A DNA stretch of 64,000 nucleotides from Bacteroidota bacterium (GTDB lineage: Bacteria; Bacteroidota; Ignavibacteria; UBA10030; UBA8401): contig JABWAK010000003.1 of the NCBI GenBank assembly GCA_013361065.1, positions 140 through 64,139 on the forward strand, given 5' to 3'. The translations under genes were made by a program, and so were the position numbers. Under the pieces are notes generated by a model. It made no database searches. It saw only the letters and a list, made by a program, of their open reading frames with translations, and was not told the DNA's origin. Shown here one piece after another: positions 7,926 to 18,570 of this stretch (positions are counted from its first letter, which is position 1; every line of letters starts with the position of its first letter).

Positions 7926-7975
7926 TACATCCCTCAGTTCTTATGGACGGCCACACTCAGAAAGGAATATGTCCA

Positions 7976-9025
7976 ATGCTCTCCATCGCCGTTCGTTCCA
8001 TCATCGCACTGCTCCTGCTGCTTCCCGGCAGCACTGTCCCAACCGCCGCCGCACAGGACAGTCCAACCGCTGCACCGCTCTCCGTCCGCGGTATCGTGCT
8101 GGACGGCTCCGGCGTCCGTTGGTTCGCAACGGATGGAGAGGGACTCATCCGGTATCACAACGGTACGTTCCGTTATCTCTCTGAACAGGATGGACTCCTG
8201 AGCCGCTTTGTGCGGACGATCCAGACGGGAAAGAATGGCGATCTCCTGCTGACCACGGCGAGAGGAATCATGCGGTATGACGGTATCAGATTCACAACGC
8301 TCCCGGAACCGGGCACTGTTCTGCCGGATGCTCCGGAGTTCCTGAAACGGTCGAAGAACGATGACCGGTGGTTCGGTGCGAAGGATGGCGCCTACCGCTT
8401 CGACGGCACGACACTGCACTACGTCGCATTCCCGATCGACTCTGCGGACATTACCGAGCGCCGTGCGCGGCCCGGCAGGATACGATCCGAGTATGCGGTC
8501 TATTCCGTGCTGAAGGACAAGAGCGGGAACATTTGGTTCGGAACGGAGCAGCGGGGTGTTCTCCGGTATGACGGACGCTCATTCCGGTGGTTCCGCGAGA
8601 AAGGATTGAGTGACGGTGCGGTCAGGACGATCTTTCAGGACCGTTCCGGCGTTCTCTGGTTCGGCAACAATGCGGAAGGTCTGTTCCGGTACGACGGAAC
8701 AACGCTGCGGAACATCACCGAGGAACAGGGATTGGGGAATCCGGAGTTCAAGAAAGGACTCAAAGGGAAGGAAGGGACGCTGGCGCGGGTCTGGACGATC
8801 ACGGAGGACCGGGCTGGAACGCTCTGGGTCGGCACGATCGATGCCGGTCTCTGGTCGTACCGCAACGGAGTGTTCACCAACTATACAATGAAGGACGGAC
8901 TTCCGGCGAATGCCGTGCAGTCACTCACCCTCGATCCGGACGGGCGTCTGTGGATCGGAACAGGGAACGGTATCTGCATCTACGACGGGAAGAAGTTCTC
9001 TCCGTTCATCATCCCCCCGCGGTGA
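7976..9025 (+). CDS. Secreted two-component-regulator-propeller (Reg_prop) repeat protein
   Basis: Signal-like MLSIAVRSIIALLLLLPGSTVPTAAAQ. Repeated G.(I/L)W(F/V/I)GT..G(L/V).RYDG motifs. An alternative upstream ATG lies at 7943. Confidence 0.75.
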   Translation: MLSIAVRSIIALLLLLPGSTVPTAAAQDSPTAAPLSVRGIVLDGSGVRWFATDGEGLIRYHNGTFRYLSEQDGLLSRFVRTIQTGKNGDLLLTTARGIMRYDGIRFTTLPEPGTVLPDAPEFLKRSKNDDRWFGAKDGAYRFDGTTLHYVAFPIDSADITERRARPGRIRSEYAVYSVLKDKSGNIWFGTEQRGVLRYDGRSFRWFREKGLSDGAVRTIFQDRSGVLWFGNNAEGLFRYDGTTLRNITEEQGLGNPEFKKGLKGKEGTLARVWTITEDRAGTLWVGTIDAGLWSYRNGVFTNYTMKDGLPANAVQSLTLDPDGRLWIGTGNGICIYDGKKFSPFIIPPR

Positions 9026-9190
9026 GTCATCCGATGCGCACGTGATGAGATAAGATGAAGTTTCATAGGCATTTATCGAAGTATTTCGTAAATTGAGACG
9101 ATATCGTTGCCGATGAAGCCATCCCGTGGGGCGGGCGATGCATCATCCCCCCTCCGCGGGTCCGTGAAACCATTCTCCGTTGAAGTGAAC

Positions 9191-10657
9191 ATGTCCATCC
9201 ACGAGCAATTCGAAGCGGTCATCGGACTCGAGGTCCACGCCCAGCTCTCCACACGATCCAAGATCTTCTGCGGCTGTTCCACCGCCTTCGGCAGCGCCCC
9301 CAATTCCAATGTCTGTCCCGTCTGCCTCGGCATGCCCGGCGTGCTGCCGGTGCTGAACAAACAGGTGGTGGAGTATGCCATCCGCCTCGGTCTGGCGACC
9401 GGCTGCAGCATCAATCCCCGTTCCATCTTTGCACGCAAGAACTACTTCTATCCCGACCTGCCCAAAGGATACCAGATCTCCCAGTATGAGGAGCCGATCT
9501 GCCGTCACGGCCATGTGGACATCACCAATGACGACGGTACGGTGAAGCGCATCGGCATCACGCGCATCCATATGGAAGAGGATGCCGGGAAATCGATCCA
9601 TGATCAGGACCATGATACCCTGGTGGATGTGAACCGCTGCGGCACGCCGCTGCTGGAGATCGTCAGCGAACCGGACATGCGCTCGGCGCAGGAGGCGGTA
9701 CGCTATCTCACCTCCGTATGGCAGACGGTGAAGTATCTGGATATCTGCGACGGGAATATGGAGGAGGGAAGCTTCCGCTGCGATGCCAACGTCTCCGTCC
9801 GCAAAAAAGGGGAGACGAAACTCGGCACGAAGACGGAACTGAAGAACATGAACTCGTTCCGGAACGTGGAACGGGCCATCGAGTATGAGACCCAACGGCA
9901 GATCGAGCTGATCGCCGAAGGCGGAGCGGTCGTGCAGGAGACGCTCCTCTGGAATGCGGAAAAGAACACCGCCTCCTCCATGCGCAGCAAGGAAGAGGCG
10001 CACGATTACCGCTACTTCCCCGATCCGGACCTGGTGCCGGTGGTGGTGGATGAACACTGGATCGCCGCCGTTCGGATGGAACTGCCCGAACTCCCGGCAG
10101 TCCGCCGCGCCCGTTTCGTCGGCGAGTACAAACTGCCGCCGTACGATGCGGAGGTGCTGACGCAGGAACGTCCGCTGGCCGACTATTTTGAAGGGGCCGT
10201 GCGCGTCCTGGCGAACAGGAATGATGAGCAGGTGAAGACGGTCAGCAACTGGGTGATGACCGAGGTGATGCGGGTGATGAACGAGCGCGGGACTACGATC
10301 ACGGAGTTCCCGGTGTCGCCGGACCATCTCGGTGCACTGGTGGAGCTGATCGGCAACGGGACCATCAGCGGCAAGATCGCGAAGGAGGTCTTCGCGGAGA
10401 TGGTTGCCACCGGTGAGCATCCCAAAGCGGTCGTGGAGCGGAAAGGACTGGTGCAGATCTCCGATTCCGGCGCCATCGAGAAAGAGATCGATGTCATCCT
10501 CGCCAAATTCCCGAACGAGATCGCCCGCTTCCGTGCCGGCGAAGCGAAACTGATGGGATTCTTCGTCGGCGAGACGATGAAAGTGATGAAGGGGAGAGGA
10601 AACCCGAAACTGATCAATGAGATATTGGGAAGAAAATTATCGGAATTGAATCATTGA
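9191..10657 (+). CDS. gatB: Asp-tRNA(Asn)/Glu-tRNA(Gln) amidotransferase subunit B
   Basis: [19 protein letters not shown]..., [12 protein letters not shown] and [14 protein letters not shown]. The internal ATG at 9191 was chosen over the track start at 9107. Confidence 0.93.
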   Translation: MSIHEQFEAVIGLEVHAQLSTRSKIFCGCSTAFGSAPNSNVCPVCLGMPGVLPVLNKQVVEYAIRLGLATGCSINPRSIFARKNYFYPDLPKGYQISQYEEPICRHGHVDITNDDGTVKRIGITRIHMEEDAGKSIHDQDHDTLVDVNRCGTPLLEIVSEPDMRSAQEAVRYLTSVWQTVKYLDICDGNMEEGSFRCDANVSVRKKGETKLGTKTELKNMNSFRNVERAIEYETQRQIELIAEGGAVVQETLLWNAEKNTASSMRSKEEAHDYRYFPDPDLVPVVVDEHWIAAVRMELPELPAVRRARFVGEYKLPPYDAEVLTQERPLADYFEGAVRVLANRNDEQVKTVSNWVMTEVMRVMNERGTTITEFPVSPDHLGALVELIGNGTISGKIAKEVFAEMVATGEHPKAVVERKGLVQISDSGAIEKEIDVILAKFPNEIARFRAGEAKLMGFFVGETMKVMKGRGNPKLINEILGRKLSELNH

Positions 10658-10681
10658 TCCATTGAATCATTGATTCAATTC
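10643..10681. repeat. AT-rich CATTGA-family intergenic repeat, copy 1 (overlaps the gatB stop)
   Basis: gaattgaatca (10643-10653) and tgattcaattc (10671-10681) are reverse complements. Core tcattgatccattga lies at 10651-10665. Confidence 0.8.
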
Positions 10682-10739
10682 GTTGCAGCAACACATTTTT
10701 CAACAACAGACCATTCTTTTTATCTATCTTGAGGACAAT

Positions 10740-11495
10740 ATGCGCACCAAAGTGATCGCCGGCAACTGGAAAATGAACAATGATATCACGCAGACAACAG
10801 AACTGATCAACGGACTCAAAGCCGCACTGGCGGGAAAGAGTCTGAATGCAACCGTGGTTGTCTGTCCTCCCTTCACCTCGCTCGGAACGGCGCAGCAGCT
10901 GATCGCCGGTTCTGTGATCACACTCGGGGCTCAGGATGTGTCGCTGTATGACAGCGGCGCCTATACGGGGGAGGTCTCCGTCGGTATGCTGAAAGCGGTC
11001 GGATGCACCTATGTGATCGTGGGACATTCCGAGCGGCGCCAGTATCATGGCGAGACGAATGAGATCATCAATCAGAAAGCGAAGAAGGTGCTGGCGGGAG
11101 GACTCATCCCGATCATCTGCGTCGGTGAGACGCTCCAGGAGCGGGAGCAGAACATCACGGATACGGTGCTGACCACCCAGACGACCGGAGTGCTGGCCGG
11201 ACTCACGGCGGAGCAGGTGGAGCGTTCCATCATCGCCTATGAACCGGTCTGGGCGATCGGAACAGGGAAGACCGCCACGAAAGAACAGGCGGAACAGGCC
11301 CATGTGGTCATCCGGTCCGTGATCGCCTCCCTGTATTCCCCGGCAACGGCGGACAAGGTGGTCATCCAATACGGCGGCAGCGTGAAGGCAGATAACGCCA
11401 AAGAGCTCCTTTCCCAGCCGAATATCGACGGCGCCCTGGTCGGCGGAGCCTGTCTGAAGGCAGATTCCTTCGCCTCCATCATCACGGCCGTGTGA
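10740..11495 (+). CDS. tpiA: Triose-phosphate isomerase
   Basis: MRTKVIAGNWKMN, VGHSERR and AYEPVWAIGTG. The internal ATG at 10740 was chosen. Confidence 0.95.
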   Translation: MRTKVIAGNWKMNNDITQTTELINGLKAALAGKSLNATVVVCPPFTSLGTAQQLIAGSVITLGAQDVSLYDSGAYTGEVSVGMLKAVGCTYVIVGHSERRQYHGETNEIINQKAKKVLAGGLIPIICVGETLQEREQNITDTVLTTQTTGVLAGLTAEQVERSIIAYEPVWAIGTGKTATKEQAEQAHVVIRSVIASLYSPATADKVVIQYGGSVKADNAKELLSQPNIDGALVGGACLKADSFASIITAV

Positions 11496-11507
11496 CCCCT
11501 CCGCGCA

Positions 11508-11545
11508 GCGCTGAAAAATCACTTAACCTGTTGATTTTTCAGCGC
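11508..11545 (+). terminator. 14-bp perfect inverted repeat downstream of tpiA (possible terminator hairpin)
   Basis: gcgctgaaaaatca (11508-11521) pairs with tgatttttcagcgc (11532-11545) around a 10-nt loop. The T run lies inside the stem rather than after it. Confidence 0.4.
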
Positions 11546-11667
11546 TTATGCGCTCCCAAATAGGGGAAAATATCTCTTGGTTTCAGCTGGTTCGTGTGTT
11601 ATATTTACGTTGTTTTCTTTGTAAAAATGCTTAAAACAACGAAAATTCAACAATTTCGGGCTAATCG

Positions 11668-14256
11668 TTGAACAATTCGCTCTTTCGATTTTCCGTTTAT
11701 TTGTTCGTTCCGCTCCTCCTCGCATCTACTCTATTTTCCCAGCAGTTATTCTTCGAAAATGGCACGCCGTCGCACCCGAATGTACTCGGGTACGGGTCGG
11801 CGAACCGCCCGGTGATCGATCTTGCCGGGGATTGGACCTATTCTCTTGATAACGGAGTGACATGGAATGCGGTCCGTATTCCTGCCGCTGCGGACTATAC
11901 CGGTAAGATCGTCTACCGCCGCACATTCTCCGTCACCGAAAGCTCCGTTTCGAACAATTCCTACGCGTTCATCTCGTACGGGATGAATTATGCAGCGGAT
12001 GTCTATGTGAACGAGACCTTCGTCGGCCGTCACGAAGGGGGCTACACTTCGTTCGAGTTCGCCATTCCGGAGAATGTCATCCAGGTCGGTTCCGAGAATG
12101 TCATCCGTGTGGTGGTGGACAATACGCTCACGTATCGCACCACCTTCCCGCCGCGTCCGCATATCTCCTCCTGGAAGAATTATAACGGCATCCTCCGCGA
12201 TCTCTTCATCGAAGCACGTCCGAAACTCTGGATCGGTAATGCGAATGTGGTGGTGGAAGCGATCGAACCGAAAGCTGTCAAACTGCTCGTTACCGCCACA
12301 GTGAGCGCCAAGGACCTTTCTGCACTGCCGCAGCTCACCGGAAAGACGCTGCAGCTCTCTGCGGACATCGCGGAAACGGCGAATGCGGTCGCCATCGGTA
12401 AGTCGGTGGTGCAGTCGGTCGTGCCTCAGTCGAACGGCGATGTGACTGTCCGCCTGACGCTGACACTCCCCAATGCGAAGCTCTGGTCACCGGAGACCCC
12501 TGACCTGTACACCGTCACTCTCTCGCTCATCGCTGCGGAAGGGAAGAAGGATTCGCTCATCGACCGGTCGGTGCTCTCCACCGGGATCAGGACCTTTACG
12601 CGGGAGAAAGGGACGCTGCTGCTCAACGGCGCTCCCGTTGCGCTGCGCGGGGTCGTCTGGATCGAGGACTCCGAACGCTTCGGCAGTGCGATGACCTATG
12701 AAGAGATGGAGCGGGATGTGGCGCTCATTAAAAGTCTCGGCGCCAACACTGTCCGCATCGGATTCCATCCCCCGCATCCGTTCTTCCTGCAGCTCTGCGA
12801 CCGTTACGGTCTGATGGCGATGGTGGAGGTCCCGAATGTGGAGATCCCGGCCGCGGTCGTGGAAGAGGAGAATTATCGTACACTGGTGTCCGCTGCGGTG
12901 AAAGAAATGATCGCACGCGACCGGTACCGTCCTTCGGTGATCGCCTGGGGACTCGGTGAAGGGTCGGCCTATGCACCGTCCATCGAGAACAGCATCCTCA
13001 CGCAGATCCATCAGCTGGCCAAATCGCTCGATGACCGGCTGACATATGTTGTGGTACGCGGTCCGTCGGACGATGCGGCATCGGTGACGGACATCGCTGC
13101 CATCGCCGTGGCGCCGACCGATCCGAAGAAGTTCCGCGCACGACTGCAGGCATTCAAGGAAGCGAATCCGAAACGTCCGGTGATCGTGGCGGCCTACGGC
13201 CGTCCGACGGAGCTCGGCAACCGGAACGGGTACAGCGATCCCCATTCGCAGGAAGCGCAGGCGCGGTTCATCCACCAGCGTTATGCGGCGATCAAGGATA
13301 TGGGGTTCGCCGGTTCGTTCATCTTCTCGTTCAATGATTTCCGCAGTGACCGTCCGGGACTGACGATGCGTCCGCTGCAGCCCACCGTGCATGCGTACGG
13401 CGTCGTGGAATCGGGCCGCCAGAAGAAGGTAGCCTACGACCTGATGCATTCGGTCTATCACGACCAGAAGGTCTCCGCGCTGCCGGTCGGTACGTATGTG
13501 GCATCGGTGCCGTACGTGTATGTGATCATCGGTCTGGTGCTGCTGGTGACCGCCGCCTGGATGCTGAACAGCAACCGCCGGTTCCGCGAGAGCGCCTGGC
13601 GCTCCATCTTCAAATCGTACAATTTCTTCGCCGATATCCGGGACCAGTTCACGCTCCCGCTGTTCCACACCACGCTGACGGCAGTGATCATCTCCGTCAC
13701 CGTGTCGGTGATCTTCTCCAGTCTGCTGCATCATTTCCGTCAGGACCCGCTCTTCGACCACATCCTCTCACAGCTCCTCTCCGACGATGTGAAGATGATC
13801 ATCATCCGGATGTGCTGGGACCCGCTGTTGAGCGTTGGATACCTGACCGGCGTGATGCTCGTGTGGTTCGTCCTGCTCACGGTGATGGTGCAGCTGTTCG
13901 CCATGGTCGCGCGGGTGAAGATCCGGCTGTTCCATTCCTATTCCATCGCCGTCTGGACCACCGCACCGTGGGGCTTCTTCATCCCGGTCGGCATGATCCT
14001 GTACCGTGTGCTGGAGAGCGATCCGTACGTTCCGTGGGTGCTGCTGCTGGTGGCGTTCATGTCCGCCTGGGTCTATCTGCGCACCCTGAAAGGGATCTCG
14101 GTGATCTATCACGTCTACACTCCCAAGATGTACATGATCGGTCTCACCGTGATGCTCATCGCTGCCGGCGCCGTCTATGCCTATGCGGACTATGCCTTCG
14201 CGTTCACGGCGTACACCGAGTTCTACCTCACCCGGCTCCTCCCGTACGTTCACTAA
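11668..14256 (+). CDS. GH2-like (sugar-binding / Ig / TIM-barrel) ectodomain fused to a C-terminal polytopic membrane domain
   Basis: 862 aa with a TTG start per the track. N-terminal signal/anchor, then a GH2-type N-terminal region (VYVNETFVGRHEGGYTSFEF). The last ~260 residues contain about 5-6 hydrophobic helices. Confidence 0.65.
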   Translation: MNNSLFRFSVYLFVPLLLASTLFSQQLFFENGTPSHPNVLGYGSANRPVIDLAGDWTYSLDNGVTWNAVRIPAAADYTGKIVYRRTFSVTESSVSNNSYAFISYGMNYAADVYVNETFVGRHEGGYTSFEFAIPENVIQVGSENVIRVVVDNTLTYRTTFPPRPHISSWKNYNGILRDLFIEARPKLWIGNANVVVEAIEPKAVKLLVTATVSAKDLSALPQLTGKTLQLSADIAETANAVAIGKSVVQSVVPQSNGDVTVRLTLTLPNAKLWSPETPDLYTVTLSLIAAEGKKDSLIDRSVLSTGIRTFTREKGTLLLNGAPVALRGVVWIEDSERFGSAMTYEEMERDVALIKSLGANTVRIGFHPPHPFFLQLCDRYGLMAMVEVPNVEIPAAVVEEENYRTLVSAAVKEMIARDRYRPSVIAWGLGEGSAYAPSIENSILTQIHQLAKSLDDRLTYVVVRGPSDDAASVTDIAAIAVAPTDPKKFRARLQAFKEANPKRPVIVAAYGRPTELGNRNGYSDPHSQEAQARFIHQRYAAIKDMGFAGSFIFSFNDFRSDRPGLTMRPLQPTVHAYGVVESGRQKKVAYDLMHSVYHDQKVSALPVGTYVASVPYVYVIIGLVLLVTAAWMLNSNRRFRESAWRSIFKSYNFFADIRDQFTLPLFHTTLTAVIISVTVSVIFSSLLHHFRQDPLFDHILSQLLSDDVKMIIIRMCWDPLLSVGYLTGVMLVWFVLLTVMVQLFAMVARVKIRLFHSYSIAVWTTAPWGFFIPVGMILYRVLESDPYVPWVLLLVAFMSAWVYLRTLKGISVIYHVYTPKMYMIGLTVMLIAAGAVYAYADYAFAFTAYTEFYLTRLLPYVH

Positions 14257-14273
14257 TATCGTCCCATTGACGC

Positions 14274-17200
14274 ATGTATCTTTCCAAATTAGAGATCGTC
14301 GGTTTTAAATCGTTCGCCAACAAGGTGAACCTGTCGTTCGATGTCGGCATGACCGCCATCGTGGGACCGAACGGCTGCGGCAAGACCAACGTCGTGGACG
14401 CCATCCGCTGGGCGCTGGGGGAACAGAAACCGAGCCGCCTGCGCAGCGACAAGATGGAGGATGTGATCTTCAACGGCACGAAGAACCGCAAGCCGCTCGG
14501 CATGGCGGACGTGTCGCTCACCATCGAGAACACCAAAGGGATCCTCCCGTCCGAGTACAAGGAAGTGGTCATCACCCGCCGCGTCTACCGCTCGGGCGAA
14601 TCGGAGTACTATCTCAACAAGACGCTCTGCCGACTGAAGGACATCAAGGACCTCTTCATGGATACCGGCATGGGGTCCGATGCGTACTCCGTGATCGAGC
14701 TGAAGATGATCGAGACGATCCTGAGCGACAAGGCGGACGAACGCCGCCGTCTGTTCGAGGAAGCGGCGGGCGTGACGAAGTACAAGGTGCGCCGGAAGGA
14801 GACCTTCACGAAGCTGGACCATGTGCAGGCGGACCTGGTGCGCGTGCAGGATATCGTGAAGGAAGTGCAGAAGGCGGTGAACTCCCTGGAACGGCAGGCG
14901 AACAAGGCGGAACAGTTCAACCTCATCTCCGCCGAACTGCGCACGAAGGAGATCATCCTGCTGGAACGCGAGTATGCGGAGATCGTCCTCTCCATCGATC
15001 CGCTCAAGGAGAAGCTCCTGACCGCGGTGGACGAGAAGAAGAAGATCAGTGATGAACTCTCCTCCGAAGAGGTGCTGCTGGACACCCTGCGCGAGGAACT
15101 GACCACGCTCGAGGAACGGCTGAACGAGGTGCAGATCGAACTCAACGAGCACCAGCAGCGGATCAACCTCTCGCAGCAGGCCCGCGTGAAAGCCAACGAG
15201 CGGACCATCTCGCTCAACGAATCGATCGACCGGTTCCTGAAGGAGAAGGAAGAACTCCAGCAGCAGCTGCCGGAACTGGAAACACGCGCCGCCGAACTGA
15301 AGAGCGGCATCGAGAAGACCCATGCAGATGTGATCGCCTCCACCGCGCAGTACACCGAGAAGAAGGAAGAGCTGGATACCTTCACCGCAGAGCTGGAGAA
15401 GAAGAAGTCGGATGTGAAGGCGAAGCAGGACGAGGTGATCGCGCTGCTGCACGAGATCTCCTCCAAACGGAACGAGTACGAACGGATCAAAGCGCGGCTG
15501 GAGAACATCAACGGCCGTCTGGAATACTCCGGCGAGGAGAACACCCTCTACAACGAGGAGATCACGAAGAACTCCGCCACCGTGGCTGAGCTGACCGCGC
15601 AGGACCGTGAACTGCGGAAGCAGTTCGCCGAGGCGGAGCTGGCAGCGCTGAACGAGGAAGCGAAGAAAGTGACACTGCAGGAGGAGATCGAATCCCTCCG
15701 CGACAATGAATACGACCTCCGCTCCGCCGCAGACCGGAAACGCTCCCGTCTCGAGTTCCTGAAAGGGCTCGTGGAGAGCCATGAAGGGTTCTCCGAAGGG
15801 GCGAAGTACCTGATGGCCCACGACGAGTGGAAGGATGTGCTGCAGACCACCGTGGCCGATGCCTTCTCGTCCGACGCGAAATACCGCATCGCCATCGAAG
15901 CGGCGCTGGGGGATGTGGCCGGCTACATTGTGGTGAACACCATCGACGATGCGCACCGCGGCGTGGAACTGCTCAAGGAGAACAACAAGGGACGCGCCAC
16001 GTTCGTCTGCCTCGAATCGATCCCGCAGACGCCGGACGATGCGAAGCTGGATATCATCGAGAGCGGCGTGATCGCCTGGGCGAACGATACGGTGCAGTGC
16101 GATGCACGGTATGCCGGACTGCGCGACTTCCTGCTGGCCGGTACCATCATCGTGGAGGATGTGCAGACCGCCGCGAACCTGGTGCGGAAGTACTTCTCCC
16201 TGAAATGCGTCACGCTGGACGGCGAACTCGTCACCGGCTCCGGCATCCTCCGCGGCGGCAGCAACCGCGCCGAGGACGGCGGCATGCTCGGGAAGAAGGC
16301 GCAGATCGAGGAACTGGAACGCGAGATCGCTGCGCTGGCAGAACAGCGCGATGCGGTGCGGAAACAGAGTGCGGAGAAGGAACGGATGCTCTCCGCCGTG
16401 GATGTGAAGTCCCGGACGGAAGCGGCGAAGAAGATCGAGCAGCAGATGACCTCTGTGGAGATGCGCATCGCGCAGATCGAGTACGAGAAGAAGCGGATGG
16501 CGGAGAACGTGCAGCGCAACGATGCTGAGAATAGCCGGCTGAAGGAGGAAGCAAACGCGCTGGCGAATGAACTGAAGGGCCTGCAGCCCTCCATCACCGC
16601 ACTGGAGGAACGGAAATCGGCGGCGGACCAGCAGTCCGGCGCTTCGGCCAGCGAGCTGGAGACGATGGAAGTGATGTGGAACGAATTCTCGAAGGTCGCC
16701 ACGGACGCACAGCTGGAGATGATGCGGCTGGAGAACGAGGAGAAGAACTTCGCGCGCGAGCTGGAGTACATCAACGCCACCATGCAGAACATCCGCAACA
16801 CGTTCGCGCAGCGGGATGTCGATATCGAGAACTCGAACCGGGAGATCGTCCGGCTGCAGGAGACGCTGCTCACCAACGCCGGCGAGCTGGAGGAACTGGA
16901 CACGCAGTTGAAGGAGATCGTGGAGCGGAAGCGCGTGGCGCAGACCGATTTCAATGCGAAGCGGACCCAGTCCCACGAGATCGAACTGAAACTGAAGGAT
17001 GCCCGCCGCCTGCATGACTCGTCCCTCTCGCGCAGCCACGAGCTGGAGATGCGGATCAGCGAGCTGACGATGCGGACGCAGAACCTGCTCACCCGCGCGA
17101 AGGAGGAATTCGATTATCCGCTGGAGGTGAAGGAATTCCCGGCCGAACCGCCGTTCGATATCGAAGCGGCGCGCGAGGAGATCCGGGAGATGAAGGACAA

Positions 17201-17828
17201 GATCCGGTCGCTCGGCGCGGTGAACTTCGCGGCGTTCGACGAGTACAAGACGGAGAAGGAGCGGATGGACTTCATCACGGTGCAGCGGGACGACCTGATC
17301 GAGTCCGAGAAGACGCTCCTGCAGACCATCGAGGAGATCAACAACACCGCCCAGAAGGAGTTCCTCACCACCTTCGAGAAGATCCGCGAGAACTTCATCA
17401 CCACCTTCAAAGGACTGTTCGACGAAGGGGACGAGTGCGATCTGCGGCTGGAAGAGGGTGTGGACCCGCTGGAGGCGCGCATCGAGATCACGGCGAAGCC
17501 GCGCGGCAAGCGTCCCACCTCAATCGACCTGCTCTCGGGAGGGGAGAAGACGCTCACCGCCATCGCACTGCTGTTCGCCATCTACCTGGTGAAGCCGTCG
17601 CCGTTCTGTATCCTTGACGAGGTCGATGCGCCGCTGGACGATTCGAACATCGACCGTTTCGCGCGCATCATCCGCAAGTTCAGCGACAATACGCAGTTCA
17701 TCATCGTGACGCATAACAAGCGGACGATGGAAGCGGCGAACGCCATGTACGGCGTGACGATGGAGGAGCAGGGTGTCTCCAAACTGGTCTCCGTCCGCTT
17801 CAACGAGAACAAGGTGGCAACGAACTGA
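14274..17828 (+). CDS. smc: Chromosome segregation protein SMC
   Basis: 1184 aa. Walker A GPNGCGKTN, long coiled-coil arms, a hinge, the signature LSGGEK and Walker B ILDEVDAPLD. Confidence 0.97.
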   Translation: MYLSKLEIVGFKSFANKVNLSFDVGMTAIVGPNGCGKTNVVDAIRWALGEQKPSRLRSDKMEDVIFNGTKNRKPLGMADVSLTIENTKGILPSEYKEVVITRRVYRSGESEYYLNKTLCRLKDIKDLFMDTGMGSDAYSVIELKMIETILSDKADERRRLFEEAAGVTKYKVRRKETFTKLDHVQADLVRVQDIVKEVQKAVNSLERQANKAEQFNLISAELRTKEIILLEREYAEIVLSIDPLKEKLLTAVDEKKKISDELSSEEVLLDTLREELTTLEERLNEVQIELNEHQQRINLSQQARVKANERTISLNESIDRFLKEKEELQQQLPELETRAAELKSGIEKTHADVIASTAQYTEKKEELDTFTAELEKKKSDVKAKQDEVIALLHEISSKRNEYERIKARLENINGRLEYSGEENTLYNEEITKNSATVAELTAQDRELRKQFAEAELAALNEEAKKVTLQEEIESLRDNEYDLRSAADRKRSRLEFLKGLVESHEGFSEGAKYLMAHDEWKDVLQTTVADAFSSDAKYRIAIEAALGDVAGYIVVNTIDDAHRGVELLKENNKGRATFVCLESIPQTPDDAKLDIIESGVIAWANDTVQCDARYAGLRDFLLAGTIIVEDVQTAANLVRKYFSLKCVTLDGELVTGSGILRGGSNRAEDGGMLGKKAQIEELEREIAALAEQRDAVRKQSAEKERMLSAVDVKSRTEAAKKIEQQMTSVEMRIAQIEYEKKRMAENVQRNDAENSRLKEEANALANELKGLQPSITALEERKSAADQQSGASASELETMEVMWNEFSKVATDAQLEMMRLENEEKNFARELEYINATMQNIRNTFAQRDVDIENSNREIVRLQETLLTNAGELEELDTQLKEIVERKRVAQTDFNAKRTQSHEIELKLKDARRLHDSSLSRSHELEMRISELTMRTQNLLTRAKEEFDYPLEVKEFPAEPPFDIEAAREEIREMKDKIRSLGAVNFAAFDEYKTEKERMDFITVQRDDLIESEKTLLQTIEEINNTAQKEFLTTFEKIRENFITTFKGLFDEGDECDLRLEEGVDPLEARIEITAKPRGKRPTSIDLLSGGEKTLTAIALLFAIYLVKPSPFCILDEVDAPLDDSNIDRFARIIRKFSDNTQFIIVTHNKRTMEAANAMYGVTMEEQGVSKLVSVRFNENKVATN

Positions 17829-17843
17829 CCGTTGCACGGGACC

Positions 17844-18569
17844 ATGACGCAGCCGCTGACCTATACTGTCTTCACCGACTTCGACGGCACGATCGCCGTC
17901 GACGATATCGGCGATGCGATGTTCCTCCGGTTCGGCGACGCCGATGTCTGCATGCGCAGCTTCGCGGAATACCGCAGCGGAGCGATCGATGCGCGCGAGT
18001 GCTGGCGGACAGGGTTCCGGACGATGCCGGTGCTGACGCGGGAGGAATTCACACAATTCGCGCTGACGCAGCGGGTCGATCCGCACTTCCGTCCGTTCGT
18101 CGAGTTTTGCCGGAGCCGGACCATCCCGGTGACGGTACTGAGCGACGGGTATGATGCGTACATCGCACCGGTGCTGGAACGGGAATCGCTGGGGGATCTG
18201 CCGCGCTTCTGCAACCGGCTGGAGTTCCCGCAGGGAGCGTCGCCGGAGCCGTTCTTCCCGTACACCAACAGCGAGTGCAGCCGGTGCGCTAACTGCAAGC
18301 GGAACCATCTGCTCACCCGTTCCTCCGAGCAGGAGGTGATCGTGTACATCGGGGACGGTATCTCGGACCGATGTCCCGTCCGGCATGCCGATGTGGTGTT
18401 CGCCAAGGATGCACTGGTGGCGTTCTGCGAGACCGAGAACATCACCTTCCATCGTTTCAATGATTTTTCCGACGTCCTGAAGGTGTTCCGCCCGATGGTG
18501 GAGTCGTCGAAACCGCGCAAACGGCGTACCGCCGAACTGCTGCGTCAATCTGTCGTCATGGGAGAATGA
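17844..18569 (+). CDS. HAD-IB family phosphatase (MtnX-like)
   Basis: DFDGTI motif I, GDGISD motif and a CSRCANCK cysteine cluster. The ATG at 17844 is preferred over the TTG at 17832. Confidence 0.7.
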   Translation: MTQPLTYTVFTDFDGTIAVDDIGDAMFLRFGDADVCMRSFAEYRSGAIDARECWRTGFRTMPVLTREEFTQFALTQRVDPHFRPFVEFCRSRTIPVTVLSDGYDAYIAPVLERESLGDLPRFCNRLEFPQGASPEPFFPYTNSECSRCANCKRNHLLTRSSEQEVIVYIGDGISDRCPVRHADVVFAKDALVAFCETENITFHRFNDFSDVLKVFRPMVESSKPRKRRTAELLRQSVVMGE

Positions 18570-18570
18570 T

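Noticed and set aside
14289-17039. 916-aa minus-strand ORF and other ORFs overlapping smc in alternative frames
   Set aside because: The + strand frame encodes a complete SMC protein (Walker A, hinge, signature, Walker B). The antisense product is low-complexity (L/R/Q/H-rich), mirroring the coiled-coil codon periodicity.
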